A DNA stretch of 64,000 bases from positions 620,001 through 684,000 of the forward strand of contig JAYWIR010000023.1 in the NCBI GenBank assembly GCA_036172245.1, read 5' to 3'. The notes beneath the pieces are model-generated. The model was not told the DNA's origin and searched no databases. It saw only the letters and a list, made by a program, of their open reading frames with translations. The translations under genes were made by a program, and so were the position numbers. This document shows positions 1 to 14,340 of this stretch, one piece after another. Source of the stretch: Raillietiella orientalis. Its lineage: Eukaryota. Numbering within the stretch: position 1 is the first letter of the stretch; each line of letters begins with the position of its first letter.

Positions 1-1530
1 GAACCCCAGTGCTCCCCTCCCCTGGGAGGGGGGGAGGAAAGTGCGGTCAGGGAGGGACGCTGCGGGGAGCACCCTGACTTCCGAGCCATTTCAGGAGAGC
101 AGACGGGGGCGCGGTCCGTCGAGACTCGGAGTCCTTGCCCTCTCGGAGAAAGGTCTCTGTCCCCCTGGCATCCCCGAGGCGTCCGGGGGACGGTCGGTTG
201 CCACGCGGGGCCTCCTCTCGCGCGCCGGGCGCTCCCAGCCTACCGCGTCTCCCGACCGCCGCCGCTTCGCCTTGCACGTCCAGCGCCACGGAAGGCTGCG
301 ACCGCCGAAACACGCGGAAGGGGGAACGCCGCCTCAGCATCCGAGACCCGCGACCTTCGGGATACGGGCGCGGGGAAAGGCTCCTCGTCCCGCCTGGCAA
401 CAGGCTGCACTCGCCACCGCAGCGAGGCGCGCGACAGGGAAGCGGCATCGACGCTCCCCCATCTCATCGATCCGAGAGCGCTGCCGCGCGTCGAAAGCCT
501 GTCGGGAGCAGCCGATTCCCCTCAGATATCCGGGAGGGAGCGAGGCAGGAGATGGAGAAAGAGGGGATTTTCGAGTCCCGGATCTCACGCGCCGCCTTAG
601 CCCTCTAGGAGCCGCTTCGCTTTGGGGACCCACCTTTTTGCACAGAAGTGTCGGGGAAAACGGGCGCTCCTAACGGTGGTTACCCGGGGTGGGATGGGAA
701 AGTTTGGGTCGAGAGCGGGAAGGAAGGAGGGAGCGGAATCTTGCTGATCCAGCCTCCGGCAGGGCCTGTTCGTCAGCCCCGTTTCTCGTCTCTCGGTGAA
801 ACAGGCAAGACTGGATCTCTGTGAAAAGAAGCTCTCTATGCCGAAAATAATTTTTCTCCATGGTGACCATGATCATGATGACGAAAAAGAGGAGGACGAG
901 GAGGAATGAGAAAGAAAAGGAGGGAAGACGAGGAGGAGGAAGAGGAAAGGATGGAGGAGGAGGAGGGGAGGGGGAAGAGAAACGTGATGGTGATGAAGAA
1001 GAGGAAGGAGACGTGTTCGGATGAAGGTCTCTGAAATGGCTGCCATCAGCAACAAGACCAGCATACGGCATGGCAGGGAATGGGTGCTCGTGGGAATAGG
1101 GCGGGGCAGCTTCTCTTCAGCTTTTCGCCTGTGCCGAAGGCTGGATTGCGAACGCGGATATCCCCCATCGAGGGGGCAGCTCGACTTCAGTTCAGCTGCT
1201 GAGTTGGCCCTTGCCGCAGCACCATAGAAGAAGGGAGAGTGGGAACACACGTGGCTATTCCCGACGCGAGGTAGGGTACACGGTACCCCAAGGCCACCCA
1301 ACTCGCTTCAAGCTGAGGGCGAACTGGTGTTCAGGTCCGTGGCCTTCCACCCGATGAGCAGGCGCACGCACCTTGCACGTCGTCGAGCAGTCGTTTGAGC
1401 TCCACCATCTCCCATCTCTCCTGATCCGCTACTTACCAGAAGACTCTGGACAAGGAACGAAGCCTCCCGCCACCGCCAACCTGCAGGCATCCTGAAAGAA
1501 ATCATCTCGACGCAACTTTCAGAGCGATGA
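1..1530. other. GC/CpG-rich island with a purine-rich (GAG/GAA) low-complexity tract at ~880-1010
   Basis: High GC and CpG content relative to the rest of the window. The long ORFs here are Arg/Pro/Gly-rich with no recognisable domain. It could be a promoter/UTR of a gene outside the window or a TE remnant. Confidence 0.35.
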
Positions 1531-4500
1531 GTCAATGAGGTTTTTGTTTATTAAAGTAGCTGGACACTCGGATCAGATCACGCTAGCGACAGAGATCGCA
1601 TCGGTCCACTTTCGGAGCGGGTCGTGTTGGCAACAGTCCCGAAAACCCATTCGACGTAACCATCCACTCCACGACCAGAGGAGTGCTCTTCGACTGAAAA
1701 GGGATTTAACCGTGGAAACAAGGAAAGAAAGTCTTCTTTCTCAAGGTGAGGTAAGCTTTCTTTTAGAGGGAAAGAAAAAAAGGCTCTCGACAAGTTGCAT
1801 GTTCATTTTCACGAGATGTTGAGAAATGTCAAGGCCACTTCAGAAGTCGTCCTTTTGCCCTGTGAACGTCTGGAGTCACCTTTTCGGTTCTTCATCAAGC
1901 GTCTTCGCTAAGCAATTAAGAAACGTGAAAGAGCAGTGGAAAAGGAGAAACTTCCAGCAGCATCAAAAATACGCACGCATTCACGAAGCATCGGAACAAA
2001 ACCGGAAAAAAAAAGTGGGATGATTGGAGGAATGGAAAGCAACTCTGCAGGATTCTTGGGCACGAGGTTGCCCGATGCGTGCCAACCATGCTGTGTTCCG
2101 ATCACCCGAGAGAAGCTTCTGTAGATGGGCCGATGAGGAACACGCAGTGGTGAGCAGGAGTAAAAGCGTCGCTTCCTGCTTTCACGCTGACCAAATGCGA
2201 CGAAGTGGAGCTGGAGGTTCCATGTCGGCAAAAGAACTCGTTATTCCGCACGAATCGTGGAAAAGCTTTCGAGGTGCTGCTTCTGTTCAACGTCGTCACA
2301 ACTGGGAAAGTTTCCTTCCTCCTCCCTTCCACATAGAGAACTCTTCGTGTCTGCTTTGGTCTGCTGTTTGAAAGTTCCCTTATTTGAGGGAGCTTGTTCA
2401 AGATCAGATTTCACTCATGACTTCCCCGTTGAAGAGCGAAATAAAACAAAGGGATGCTCCTCTCAGGAGAGGAACCAACTCGTACGCAGAGGAATCAGCT
2501 CCCTTTGTCAAATGCACTCAGATCTATTGTGTGCGTGTTTCATCCGACCGAATCAACCCATACGGAGGCGCGAGCCCTTTAATCAGAAACGTATCCAACA
2601 ACCTCGCTGTTTGGAGGGCGCCAAGGATGACCTTTTTGTGTTTCATTCACGGATCAGTAGACGTAGATCTGGTATAGAGAAGTGCACGAGATAAATCGTG
2701 GATGCCTGCCTTTGGGCTTAAAAAAAAAAAAAAAAAACTCTGAAATTTAATGGGCGTGATCGTAGCTGACACACATCAGATACTACGGAAATGAATCCTT
2801 TGAGTCCATTCCTTTGATCAATAAAATGCAGCACGGGAATACACGTTTAGTAGAAAGTGAAGAATCACGGAATCCCAGCACTCAAAAGTCAAGTTTCATC
2901 TTCTTCCCTAACCAGCTTTTGCAACTGGTAGCACCAGCTTCCCTTCTCTGACTGCTTGTGCGAAATTTCTCTCCTATGACGACATGCAGTGAAGCTCATC
3001 TTTCCCCCTAGGAGACCAAACAAGCTGACTGGAAGGTCCCTTACTGAAGACGCAGCCTTCCGGCTGTGGCACACGTTACCACCGTATGTGAAATCTCATC
3101 CGGAGCAGAATGCAAACTTGCTTGCTTAGGACGTTTGTGGTAGCAACAGCGAATGTGGAAAACGAAAACAACCGCATCTCGATCCTTTTCAACGCTAGGA
3201 ATCGATAGAAAGATCGAATTTATTCATCCGCAATTCCAAATCAGCGCTTGCATCTTGGTCTTAAAGTATCAGATTGGTTCGTCTTTCCGTGCCTTACTGT
3301 GCAACTGCACTAAGGATTGCCGTGATCCCATCTAAATCGAACACCCTGCATACAAGTTGAAAATGACGAGCCCTATCGACAAGCTGCTGATTTATCTGCC
3401 CAGATGTGTGCTGATGTTCCAGTTTTGAACGGGATCCAGCGTAATGCTCCAAGTGAAACGCATGGTGTGCGTGGTATTTGTCGGTACCAACTCAATCACC
3501 GTGCTGGGATTCACCTCATGAAGACGATCTACTTACCGAGTAAAAGTACTGATCAAATAATGGACACATATGTGATAAAAGTGTCCATCCGTTCGAGATG
3601 AGGATTTTTGTGAAGACGGGGGAAGCTGGGAAAATTTTCGCAAACACACGTAACCGGCATCTCTGAATCTTGTTCCAAAGTGAAACGTGCTCTATGTAAT
3701 TAGCGAATCGGAAAACCTTACCCGCTACATTGCTATTTTGGGCATTTCATTTCCAGTTTGCAAATTTTGAAACATTAGCCGAAGCACCCATTTTGGATCC
3801 CACAAATGGAAAGCTTTGACGCTCGGCGAGAGTTGCCTTTGAATTGCCCACGTGTTGCTTCTCCGAGCCCACCTTTTTCCTGGAGTCGGGTGCGGTGCTT
3901 GCTGTGGATGGAGGACGCCATCGCCTGATCCACCTTGAAGAAATGTATTTCATTAAGTGGAGGAGCGCCCATCACTTCAGGATCCAAGACGCCCTCGGTG
4001 CTTAGAAGCTGATTGATAATGCCAGCGGCTGGGCAGAAGCGTCTTCTTGTGTTGGGACCGCATGAAGCGGATGAGTAATGTGAATCGAACTTTTGACTTC
4101 CCCCCCCCACTTGACAACGCACAGTCCGTGCCCGAGTTTTTATGATGCACAGGGTATGCAATACGTGTGAGGATTCCTAAAGGTTTCGGCGAATCATTAT
4201 TAAATGCAAATTAGCTGCCGGAGAGTTCGTTGGTTTCCTTCTAAATTTCCCTTCTTTCGAAATCACCTTGACACAATCAATGAGCGAGCGTACCAGGAAG
4301 CGCAGGAAACGAAAAATCTTCGAACCTATTTGAGATGCTCGTTGCTTGGTTACTTACCCCGGTAAGACGACCGGGAGCAAGTCCTTTATCTGTTCCGCGT
4401 GCAGCAGCGAGAAGAAATTTCTTAACCTGCGTGTCTTCCCTTGGGTAAATTGTTTTCGAAACCATTCCGCAGACGAATGCAACCCCAATTTCGGACAGGG

Positions 4501-7500
4501 CGTCCATTTCGATCGTCTTTGAGCTTCCCGCAGTCACGTCAAAGATACAGACAAAGTGAAGATGCAATCCAAGATGCTGCCGTAAGACATTCCGATGTAG
4601 TGTGATCGCGGAGGGAATGTCTTAAAATCATCCTGTGCCGCCTAGGTCTCTCCCCTATCGAATACGCGAAGCATTTCTCTCCTTCTCCCCATGCTAGGTA
4701 AAATTCCTTAAAAGTAATTAGATGAAACATTTGACTGGCAAATGCAATTTCTCGCTTGTCTTGCTCATTTATATGTCGAAAAATTCGAATTGGTGAGAAA
4801 AAAAAATTTTTTTCTTTTTCTGCGTAATGATAGTAATATGATGCACATGAGGAATGGCTAGAAGCTTTTCTAATTTAATGATTAGCATCCGAGTACCTGC
4901 ACCGTTGCATGCATCTATCTGAAACACACTGTGAAGCACCTCAGAAAAAGGGTCCAGATGAAAAACGAACTTTTCATTCCATCTGTTTGTGTACAATTTT
5001 TCTTCCCGCTTACATCCCCACCTATTAAATTCCTGATTTGTTTGATTTGTATCAGTAAGGATAAAGTCGGAAGATGATTGCCTCTTTCTCTCTCCCTCGC
5101 CTCTGAGCAAACAGGTGAAAAAACACAAAATCAATAATCGTATAGCGACCAACTCATTTCAAATGCAAAAGGAATTCTCATCAGGGTGGACTTTTATTTC
5201 CCGAATAGTTTCAGTGCTAAAGGTAAATTGCCTGAGTATGAAGGCGCAGGGACTTCCGGCCGCGATCTGGGATCTCTGTACGACGTTCCCAGAACATTTT
5301 TTTTTTTTTTTTTTTTTTTTTTTACTCAGTAACGTTCCTTAGACATCTCTCTGGGTGATGCAGCAGCTGGAGCGAGCACTACAGCCTCGCGTAATCTGCG
5401 GTGCTTGGACTTCGACTCATTCAGTTTCATATCGTCTGCATATGCATTGGCTAGGAATCTGTTTGCATCTTTGGGAAAAGGCACCTGAAGACACTGATTC
5501 TGTTTACATCCACACAGTGTTGCAGAGATGAAGTCGTGTCCCATGTACACACAGTTTTATCGGAGGATTGGTGGCTGGAGCAGCATTCGTACAGCACAAA
5601 ATCGGCACACTTGAGTCCTAGGACGTAACCGAAAGGAAGGATCCCTAAGGAAAAGGGCTACTTCCAAGCACAGGAAACTGGCATTTCATTTTCCCGTTCC
5701 CACCTCAAACAATCTTGCTCTACAGGCTTCGAAAAAAAAAAAAAAAAAAGGGACACGCTTCGGCAGTGTATAGAACACGAACACAAACTGAATCGTTAAT
5801 AAAAAAAAACCCAATCAAAATCAATTTCATGATGCTGTGATAGGATGGAACTATTTTGCGAATTAAAGAAGGACAGACACCAGACCGTTATGATCACCTT
5901 CCTCCTGAAGCTTTCCCTCCGACAAGGGATAAGAAAAAATGTGTCTCTGGATGAAGTCCTCCTACTCATAACAGATCGTGTTTTAAATCGTTTTGAAAAC
6001 TCCGGGAAAGAAAAGAAACGTGGCGAGGAGCAAACCTAAATATTTGGTAAATGAGGGAGACCCCTCGAAAATTCCCTGCGGAAATGAATCCTCTTCCGAT
6101 CCTCACATATTGAACACGGGAGCGGATGCGACATTGGGAACTTTGTTTCCGGTAGGCATTCCTTGTCAACTGAAGCACTACGAGTGGACTCCAAATATTT
6201 CAGGAATGATTCCTGTTCTAAAATATGACGCGTTGTTTCAGCACAGAGAGACGATCGACACACGCTGGACTCAAAGTCTCTCCAGCTCTGCTAAATGTTC
6301 GTTTTGTGGGATCACACATCTGGGAACAAAGCAGTCTTTTGCTGCACCCCTGCCTGACTGAGAGAAGCATCTTGTGAAGCTGCTTGCGGTTGTAGGATTG
6401 CCCCCCTGAAGAACCTTAGGCATCCAAACTAAAGGATTGCTTTCTCGAGCAGATTGAGGGATGTCATCCAATTGAGAAACAGGACATGGAAAAGCAGGAA
6501 CTGGAGCTAAGAGGTGTAAGAGCATGCAATGGAATGTGTCAGGAAATTTGAGCGTTGTTTCGGAATTAATGTGCATGTGTGTTTTTTTGTGGATCCCTTG
6601 TTCCTTCTGGGACAGTCCTGGTTATTTGTCGTACGTGCAAAATCCATACACGTGTTCAGTGTTGAGGATCACCCAAAGGAACATCGTCTTGTGTGAACTC
6701 CTAACCAAAGAGGGGTCGAAGGAGATTTCCAAAACATTTATCGGAAACTGGAGGTTCCTGCAACACTCACACTCAAAGCCAGCCACATGTAAAGACATCT
6801 TGCTGAAGGATTCTCTAGCACGTAAAATAGGCAAAGTCTGGCGAAAGTTTCAAAAAGATTCGAATAGATGTCACCACAGTTTACGTTCTGAGGAAATGGA
6901 TCCTGTTGGAAACGTGTAAACCAGTGCCAACTGCAAATTCGTCCAAGACTGTCGAAATGGATAAACCAATAACCTTTGTAATAAGTGATGTTTTTCAGCC
7001 TTCAGGGTTCCTCTCTGAGGATCTTTGCATCCTTTTTATACCAAATAGGATTTCCTCAGTAAATCAAGGACTCTTGTTCAGCCACCGACAGTAGGATCCA
7101 AAAATCCAAACACGAGAGCAAAGTTCTTTTCACTCAACAGGAGAGCTGATTTTAATAGAGCGAGATGAGCTGCTAAAGTCTTCACGACAGAAGTCTGCTG
7201 TTTTTATGATCGGAATGATGTTGCATTGCAAGGCTTGCTTTAAAAAAAAAAGGCATACACGAAATCAATGCAGACGTTCGGGTGATGTGAATTGTGAAAA
7301 AGCAGTTCAGAAATTGGATCTTCGAAGATCCAGTTTTTTACCTAAGAGAGAGAGAGACGACGCGACATCATCTCCAACACTCTTTTCTTGAAAAAAAAAA
7401 AAAAAACTCTCGGTTCTTCTCTCGTGGGAAACGGGCAAAAAGTTCTTGGAAGCATTTGAAAACTTATCGGAGGCCTTCTATTAGTTTCAGCGTATTCGTG

Positions 7501-8584
7501 TGCTTCTTCTGCACGGGGCTTGCTTTACTGAACGCTCTTGGTCACACATGCATCAAAAGGCGTTCCAAAGGATATTACGAACCCATCGCTTCTGTTCTTC
7601 TGGATTTCCTGTTCCTGTGTTGTTTGGAACTTCCAAATTCGAATTGCTCGTTGTACCTGAGCAATCCGAATTTGGTACCAAGAGAAGGAAAAAGTTAGCT
7701 TGTGAAAAAATCAGTTCACAACAGCAGCCGGAGGGACTGACTAAGAGATTGACTCGACTCCACCAGGCAGGTTGCAAGAGGACGCACCTAATTTCCAAAT
7801 CGAGATCAGCATAGTCAGCTGTACGGGGTAAAAAAAAATAAAAATAAAAAAAATAATGAACACCATGAATTCTCAAAGCCCACGGAATCACAGACGAATT
7901 CGATCCCATCAGGGGAGCGAAACGACCAAAGAATTCAAGCATTCGGCAGTTTTCGTATTCTTTATGAAACGCAGTTTCCTTGCTAATATTTATCATTAAG
8001 TGCTTTGCAGGATTCCATTCCCCGTGCTTTGAGCTGCCATCTCAAGTTATGCTGGGAGAGGTTTGCTTTAATGCATCAAAACCCCCTTAAAGTTCACGCT
8101 GAAAAATTTGCTTGCATTCCACTTTATTGCACGTCTCTCCCACCACAGCAAGTAAGCGATCTGTGCTTTATCTTCCTCGCAGTTCCGTTCCAAGCTTTCT
8201 TTTCTATGTATTCATTCTGTGCCGGTATTTGCACCCCGGTTCATTTGCATCCTTGTTTGAAACTTGTCTTTTATTCGGGCTTACCCGTCCAACTAGCAAT
8301 CCTTCATTCTCACTTATTCTATTGACCCATTACCTTGTTCGTGCATACGACCCTATGCTATTAACCCTCTCAGGACGTCACAACTTCCAGCTTGGGGCAC
8401 ACTAACCCCTAAGACCTTCATTCCCAATGCAACTGTTTTCGTGCTTGACCTTCTTTCGAATTACTCCCAGCTTTGTTTTGGGACCCAGGAAGCCAGCCCT
8501 GATCTAGATTTGTTAGGCTAACAGACGACTTCCTTAATCTTTCTAGGCCTTTCATATTGCCGATATTCGGAAGAGAAGAGAATG

Positions 8585-8707
8585 ATTCTTACAGTTATGC
8601 CATTTCTCTGGTACGAAGCCATCTCGCCTTTGAAGCCAAATAGCTGTCCCAACAGCTCTGGGTGAGAAATGCTACAGAAATTGAAGTGTAGGATTACTAT
8701 GCAGCAT
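8585..8707. repeat. 123-bp direct repeat, copy 1 (3' flank of the retroelement)
   Basis: attcttacagttatgccatttctctgg...ggattactatgcagcat; identical to 10420-10542 except for 5 substitutions. Confidence 0.95.
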
Positions 8708-10402
8708 TTTGGATTAATACAAAAACTGTTGCTGCAATGGCTCTGGATAATCTTTCGCAAATGATGTTTCCTCCGTGTTCTTGACGGTTCCTCGGCGCTT
8801 TCCTCCGGGGTGAGAGCATTGTCCAGATCATCTCATATGTGGTGCATAGATGCTACTTGAGAAGCGGATGCAGGTGACTACCATCCGCTGTCGTAGGCTG
8901 ATCAGCTTCTTCTTTGGAATTCCTAGGACGTTGTCGTTTTCAGGATCCCATGCTCCAAGTGGACCGATAAGGATCGCCTGCACTTTGGTTATTTTCCCAG
9001 TGTTTCCGAGTTGTATGGCGACATCATGGTATCTGGCCTCCTTTATTTTCCTAGATGTGGTTGAACGCCTCCTTTCCGTTTTCAAATGTCCAGGCAGGAG
9101 ATGTCCAGAACACCTATTCGATCGCTTTTCTCTAAAACCAGGTCTGGTTTTAGGGTGGAGGTGGTTCCTGGCAATCTGCGATTACTCGATACCAGAGTCC
9201 ACTTGGCTTCATCCATTGCGGCCTTCTTGATAATTTCCAGGATGGCATCACGACGCTGCATCGTCAGAGGCGCGTGCTTTTTACATCTGTTGAGCACGTG
9301 TGATAAAGTCTCATCCTCGATTCCGCAACGCCGACATATCCTTTCATGAACCTTCTTCGTTGGTCCCGCGTTTAGTGGCAGAAGGTTCAGTCTTGCCGCA
9401 TGGATGAACCCTGTAGTCTTGGTATCTTAGGTGGATTCCGTTTGTATGGAAAAAGCTTGAAGAGTGATGCATGCCCACGCACTGCATGGCCTTCCCTTGA
9501 CTAACGTGGTTTTCAATGAAGGATTGCCATGCGTGTTCTCGCTGCAATGCTCTTACGCCGGAGGCGAGCCGTCTTGCACTGCTGGTGAAGAGTGTTCCGT
9601 CCACCGTGGTACTGGGTTCTCCTTGTCGAAACTCCCAGCGGGCTTCTATTCTTCTAGAGGCCTTCCTGCCTTTCGACCAGAGACTCTCAATATCCCATCT
9701 GAACTTTGTGATCTTCTTGCCCGTCATGAATTCCCCGAGATTTTCATCTGTCGGGGCTTCTTGGATCCGTGTTTGGACGATTTCATGCAGGGTTGTTTTT
9801 GCAAGTTTACTTACTGCTTTGTCTGCCGACGTAAGCAGTTTGAAGCAGCTGTCCACGATGAAGGTATCGGACTCTTGAGCCAGCTTCATTAGTCCTAGGC
9901 AGCCTTTCGTTCTCTCTCCGTACAGATACTCGTTAGCTGCCCAGGATAAAAGGTGAAGGACCTTCTTTAACTTCTTCCTTACTTGCTCGTCGACATACTG
10001 CCATTCCTCCTTCAGGTGAGTTGGGAGTGAACTAGGCTGGGACAGAAGAAGGTTTTCATTGCATCCATTTTCTGCCATCCTGAGAGTTCGCTCTCAAGTA
10101 TGGCACTCGCTTTCTGGAAGATGTCTTCCTTAGTCGGTTGTATGTTGAAGACCCTCATACCGAAGGGTTTTCCCAAGTATTTGTATGCCTGTGATAAGGC
10201 AATACAAGGGATGTTCCCTTTCTTAACCCGAATGTCCACGTCCCTTATACCTTTGGGAGTTCGGCCACTGTAGCATATCGAGGCACATTGTTCCGGGTTG
10301 ATAGATAGGCCGGCTTTGTCGACTAACCTCTGGAAATGCGCCATCATTTCCTGGACTTTCTTTTCGTCCTTCCCCAGTATGACTATGTCGTCGACATAGG
10401 CT
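8708..10402 (-). mobile_element. 5'-truncated, frameshifted RLE-type non-LTR retrotransposon (NeSL/Utopia-like)
   Basis: Minus strand begins at RT motif AYVDDIVIL (~10400), then GLSINPEQCA, YKYLG, WQKMDAMKTFF, zinc knuckle CRRCGIEDETLSHVLNRC (~9340-9285), restriction-like endonuclease KPDLVL...VLDI, and IGPLGAWDPEND. Stop at 8828. At least three frameshifts between the ORF pieces. Confidence 0.9.
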
Positions 10403-10419
10403 GTAAGTAAATGTAAGTA

Positions 10420-10542
10420 ATTCTTACAGTTATGCCATTTCTCTGGTACGGAGCCATCTCGCCTTTGAAGCCAAATAACTGTCCCAATAGCTCTGGGCGA
10501 GAAATGCTACAGAAATTGAAGTGTAGGATTACTATGTAGCAT
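10420..10542. repeat. 123-bp direct repeat, copy 2 (5' flank of the retroelement)
   Basis: attcttacagttatgccatttctctgg...ggattactatgtagcat; 118/123 identical to 8585-8707. Confidence 0.95.
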
Positions 10543-11976
10543 CGCGATGATGGACGTGGTGTCAGGACGAGATTGTGATCATTGCCATGATAAATAAATC
10601 ACTGTTCAGAAAAGAAAAAAAAAGAATCGTAATAACAAAACCACGATTCCAGGAGTATCTGGAAATTGGGAGGAAGAAACCCAGTACGAAACTAATGCCT
10701 CCCATCAAAAAGTCTCGCCTTCTAGTCTCTAAACGAATCCATGCTGTATTATTGCAAATTACATAAATTATATTATTGCATCTAAAAGGAAAACTGATTT
10801 GGTTATCAAAATTAAAATTCCGAATCAGTAAATGTCAACATCTTGTTACTGGCATACATACCCAGAAATGCAGATAACCAGATAAGGTTCTTGCTAAAAT
10901 ACTAAAGCAAGTATCATTCCAACCAGGGATGCTATAATGTCGGATTGTGTCAGGAAGTAGTATGTAGATGTACCACGCATCAATGTATTAAGGAAAATCT
11001 TCTTGACAACCAAAAAAGGAATACAAAAAACAAATTTTGCATCGGTATTTAAAACCCGAAATTTCTCAGTGATCAAGGATGTAGTATTTTTTGAGGATAC
11101 TTTCTGCTCTGTCCTTTCGATTTGGAGAACTGATTACACTGTTCATACGCTTAACCCTTTTTTCATCTATGAGTCACGTAGAAAAGAATGATTCTCCAGA
11201 AACACTGTACTGCAATGTTGATCTTACTACAGCATGTTTGTATCTTACTATGTCTAAACACATTAATGAACTGTTATATCCAAACAAACTTCATTTGTAA
11301 TCAATTGATATAAAACAATTCTAACTGATGGAGGTAAATCTTTCAGCAACTAGTTTCTCAGTGAAAGTTTGAACCATTAAATAGTAATCTCAAACTTTAG
11401 GAACTGCCCAAAAAATTATTCTTCATAGTATATTTCTACTGGAAAATGTGATAGTACGACATATTTACGTCATGAAGGGTCACACGAATTTCGGGAACAT
11501 GGGTTTTTTTTGAACCAAAGCAAGTAAGATTTGTGTTCAAGACAAAACTCTGAATTCTCCAGAGGTGTCTAATTATTCGTCCAGATTATTCGCATTTTTG
11601 TTGCTCGGACAAATAATCTGTTATATCCATGGTTTTATAACTATTATTGCTATAGTTTGCAACATGGGATCTGCTGGATTCCTGTGGTTATTCAAAATGC
11701 GCGGTCACTGTAGCATTAACAACGAAGACCCTAAAGAATATATGATACTCCCTTCTAAAAAAAAAAAAAAAAGAAACAAATCGGCTTCAGGAAACCATCT
11801 CATATGACTTACCCTTCAAACGTGTCAAGATATTGTAAAATTCGTCCCCGTTACCATTTCCCTAAAGATTGTAGTTATCAGAGACTGGTCTTCGGCACTG
11901 AATAGGATCCCTTGTCCAGCTGCCATATCTAAATCTACGGAAACAAAACTTTTTCATAAACTCATCATTTTCAGCA

Positions 11977-12010
<34 letters not shown>

Positions 12011-14149
12011 GGACTAATATCGTCAGAATTTGATCACGACTACAATACTGTGATTTGAGTTTTAAGTCTCGTTATTGTGCTGCTGGTTAGAATTGACTAT
12101 TTCACTATGGGAACTGGGATCGAAATTGTTTGTATTCTTTCGCTCTGAAAACTAAGCCTTGAGATCGTTACCACAGAACTGACCAAGAGTCATTAAGTCC
12201 TAGTGGAAGAATACCCTTTTCTTATGAAAATTATCACTTCAAGAGTTCAAAATCAGATTCTGCAAAAAAAAAAAAACTGCAAGATATACATTCTCCTATT
12301 GAATCTCCAGTTGAAATTGACAAGAAAACTAAAATAAGTTAAAGGGCTTTCAAGAGATTTTTAAGCCCAAACAGAAAATATATAGCAACTCAACTCATTT
12401 CTAAAATTATGGAGTCAACTATGATCAACTAACTAACTACAATTACAAGTTCATATTCGCTGATGATGCCTTTATTCACTATGTGTTTTTAATTTATTGT
12501 TTCATTAACTTCCAAAAATAATGACTACATAATGACTACAATTGTGTTTCATATGATGGATACTAATTGGCTACAAACTTATTCGAGTCTGGCTTTGACG
12601 TCAAAGTTTAAAATATTAAACGAACTTTGATCACTGAAGAATGTTCGGAGTTGGAATTATTTTTTTTATTTCCCAAAGACAAAACACTGTTCATCTTGCC
12701 CACAGTCACTCTCTTTATGTAGTGCTATGTATAAATCGCTTAAACCGTCCATATTTTGCAAGACTCATAAAGAAGTCCCTACAGTATAACAGGAGTCGGT
12801 TGAGTTTAAAAATGTTTGGAGTTTATCCATTTAGGAAATGGACTTGATAAAAATTCAGTAGGTGTTCTGCGACCTAGCCAATTTAAAATTGAACTGTTTG
12901 ATTTAGGTCAACATTCCCATTCGATCATTTGATGACAGCAGAAAATAAATTAAGCTAGATTTTATCAATTGAGCTATCAAGTGCACATAGTTTTATGAAT
13001 TAGTTGAACTCTTTTCCATTAATTTTGACTTCATGATTTTGATGGAATATAGTTTAATCATTTAAAAATGAATAATATCGAAAGTTTTGAAATTTTTGTT
13101 AGCAATTGTAAATGCAGCAAAAGGATTGAACTGTTATTTTCGTCGATGCTTATGCTTTCGAGGACAAGGAAAATATTTACTACTGGAAAATCGCAAATAA
13201 AATTGAATTTTTATAAGTAGTCCTGAATTTTCCAACAGCGAAAAACTGAAAAAAAAACAGTTTGGGACTGAAAAAAACAGTTTAGAAATGCAAGTTGGAA
13301 CGGATGTATTGAACTTTCAGCTTTGGCATTGAAATTTTTCGTTTTTCCAGCTGGATATGATCATTTTTGTTATCTAATAATTAGTCTACTGTGTTTACTG
13401 TTTATCTAGTTTCTATTTAACACAATTTAGTGACAGTATCCATTTTTTGTATTTCTGTTCTAGCATTGAGCATTAATTTTTAGAGATGATGAATCTGAAT
13501 TAAAATGCAAATCTATAAGACAATTTTTCACAATTATATCAAAAAGAAACCCTCGTTAGAACGGAGAACTTGTTATATCCTCGTTATGAGATTTTTTTTC
13601 TGACAAAATATGGAACTTCTTATCAAACGACTGAGGCTTTAATATTTCCAAAGACAATTTCTGTAACAGAAGATCCATATCTTCGAGGTTATATGATTAT
13701 TTAATGGTTTAACAAAGGTCTCATTGTCCAAAGTTCTTGTCTCACAATGTACTCGATCTCATGACTTGCAGTTTTGAATTATTTATCACAGAAAATGGAG
13801 GAAGCTAGTGTTGGAGTGACGTGTGCCATATTTTGTGTCCACAATACCACTGATGACTAAAGCATTCATCTGGATCATATTATTTCTTTCATTTCATTTA
13901 AGCTCACAAAAGCTGTTTTCACTTTTTTCTAAACAATTCCTTATCGAAATTCGTGGAAAAATACATCATATACATATTTCACTTTTCAAATGCATTCATA
14001 GAATCGCATTATTTCAAAATAATAAAATTAAAAAATTAAAATCTATTTGGGAATATATTTGCTATATGTAATAATTCTTTCTTAGGAAACTTTGGATAGC
14101 TCGCTACTATTTTTCGCACTAAAATCTCATAATGCTAAAATGCGGATTT

Positions 14150-14340
14150 TTTATTCAAGTTGCTCTGGTATCCCCTGCTATTCGCATCATGGATGCTTAA
14201 CGGGTGCTCGGCGTAAAGCTTTGTGGGTATGCTTGCGTGTATCTCTTTCAAGATATCGAAAAATGGCGTCCTGTTAATTTATATTGTTTTTAATTAAAAA
14301 TATTCTGTGAAGTGTCTTCCTCGTACTTAAGGTTTGGATT
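14150..14340 (+). promoter_or_regulatory. Putative PRP8 promoter / non-coding first exon
   Basis: Local CpG enrichment in AT-rich DNA, YY1-like AAAATGGCG 14260-14268, a possible donor aag|gtttgg at 14332, and a candidate acceptor ctgtag at 15818 just before the ATG. Inference only. Confidence 0.3.

Noticed and set aside
41..1301. Several 100-210 aa ORFs on both strands
   Set aside because: Expected in GC-rich, low-complexity DNA; mostly non-ATG starts and no recognisable domain.
5757..5767. cgcttcggcag matching the U6 5' stem-loop
   Set aside because: Only 11 nt with no continuation into U6 sequence; likely chance.
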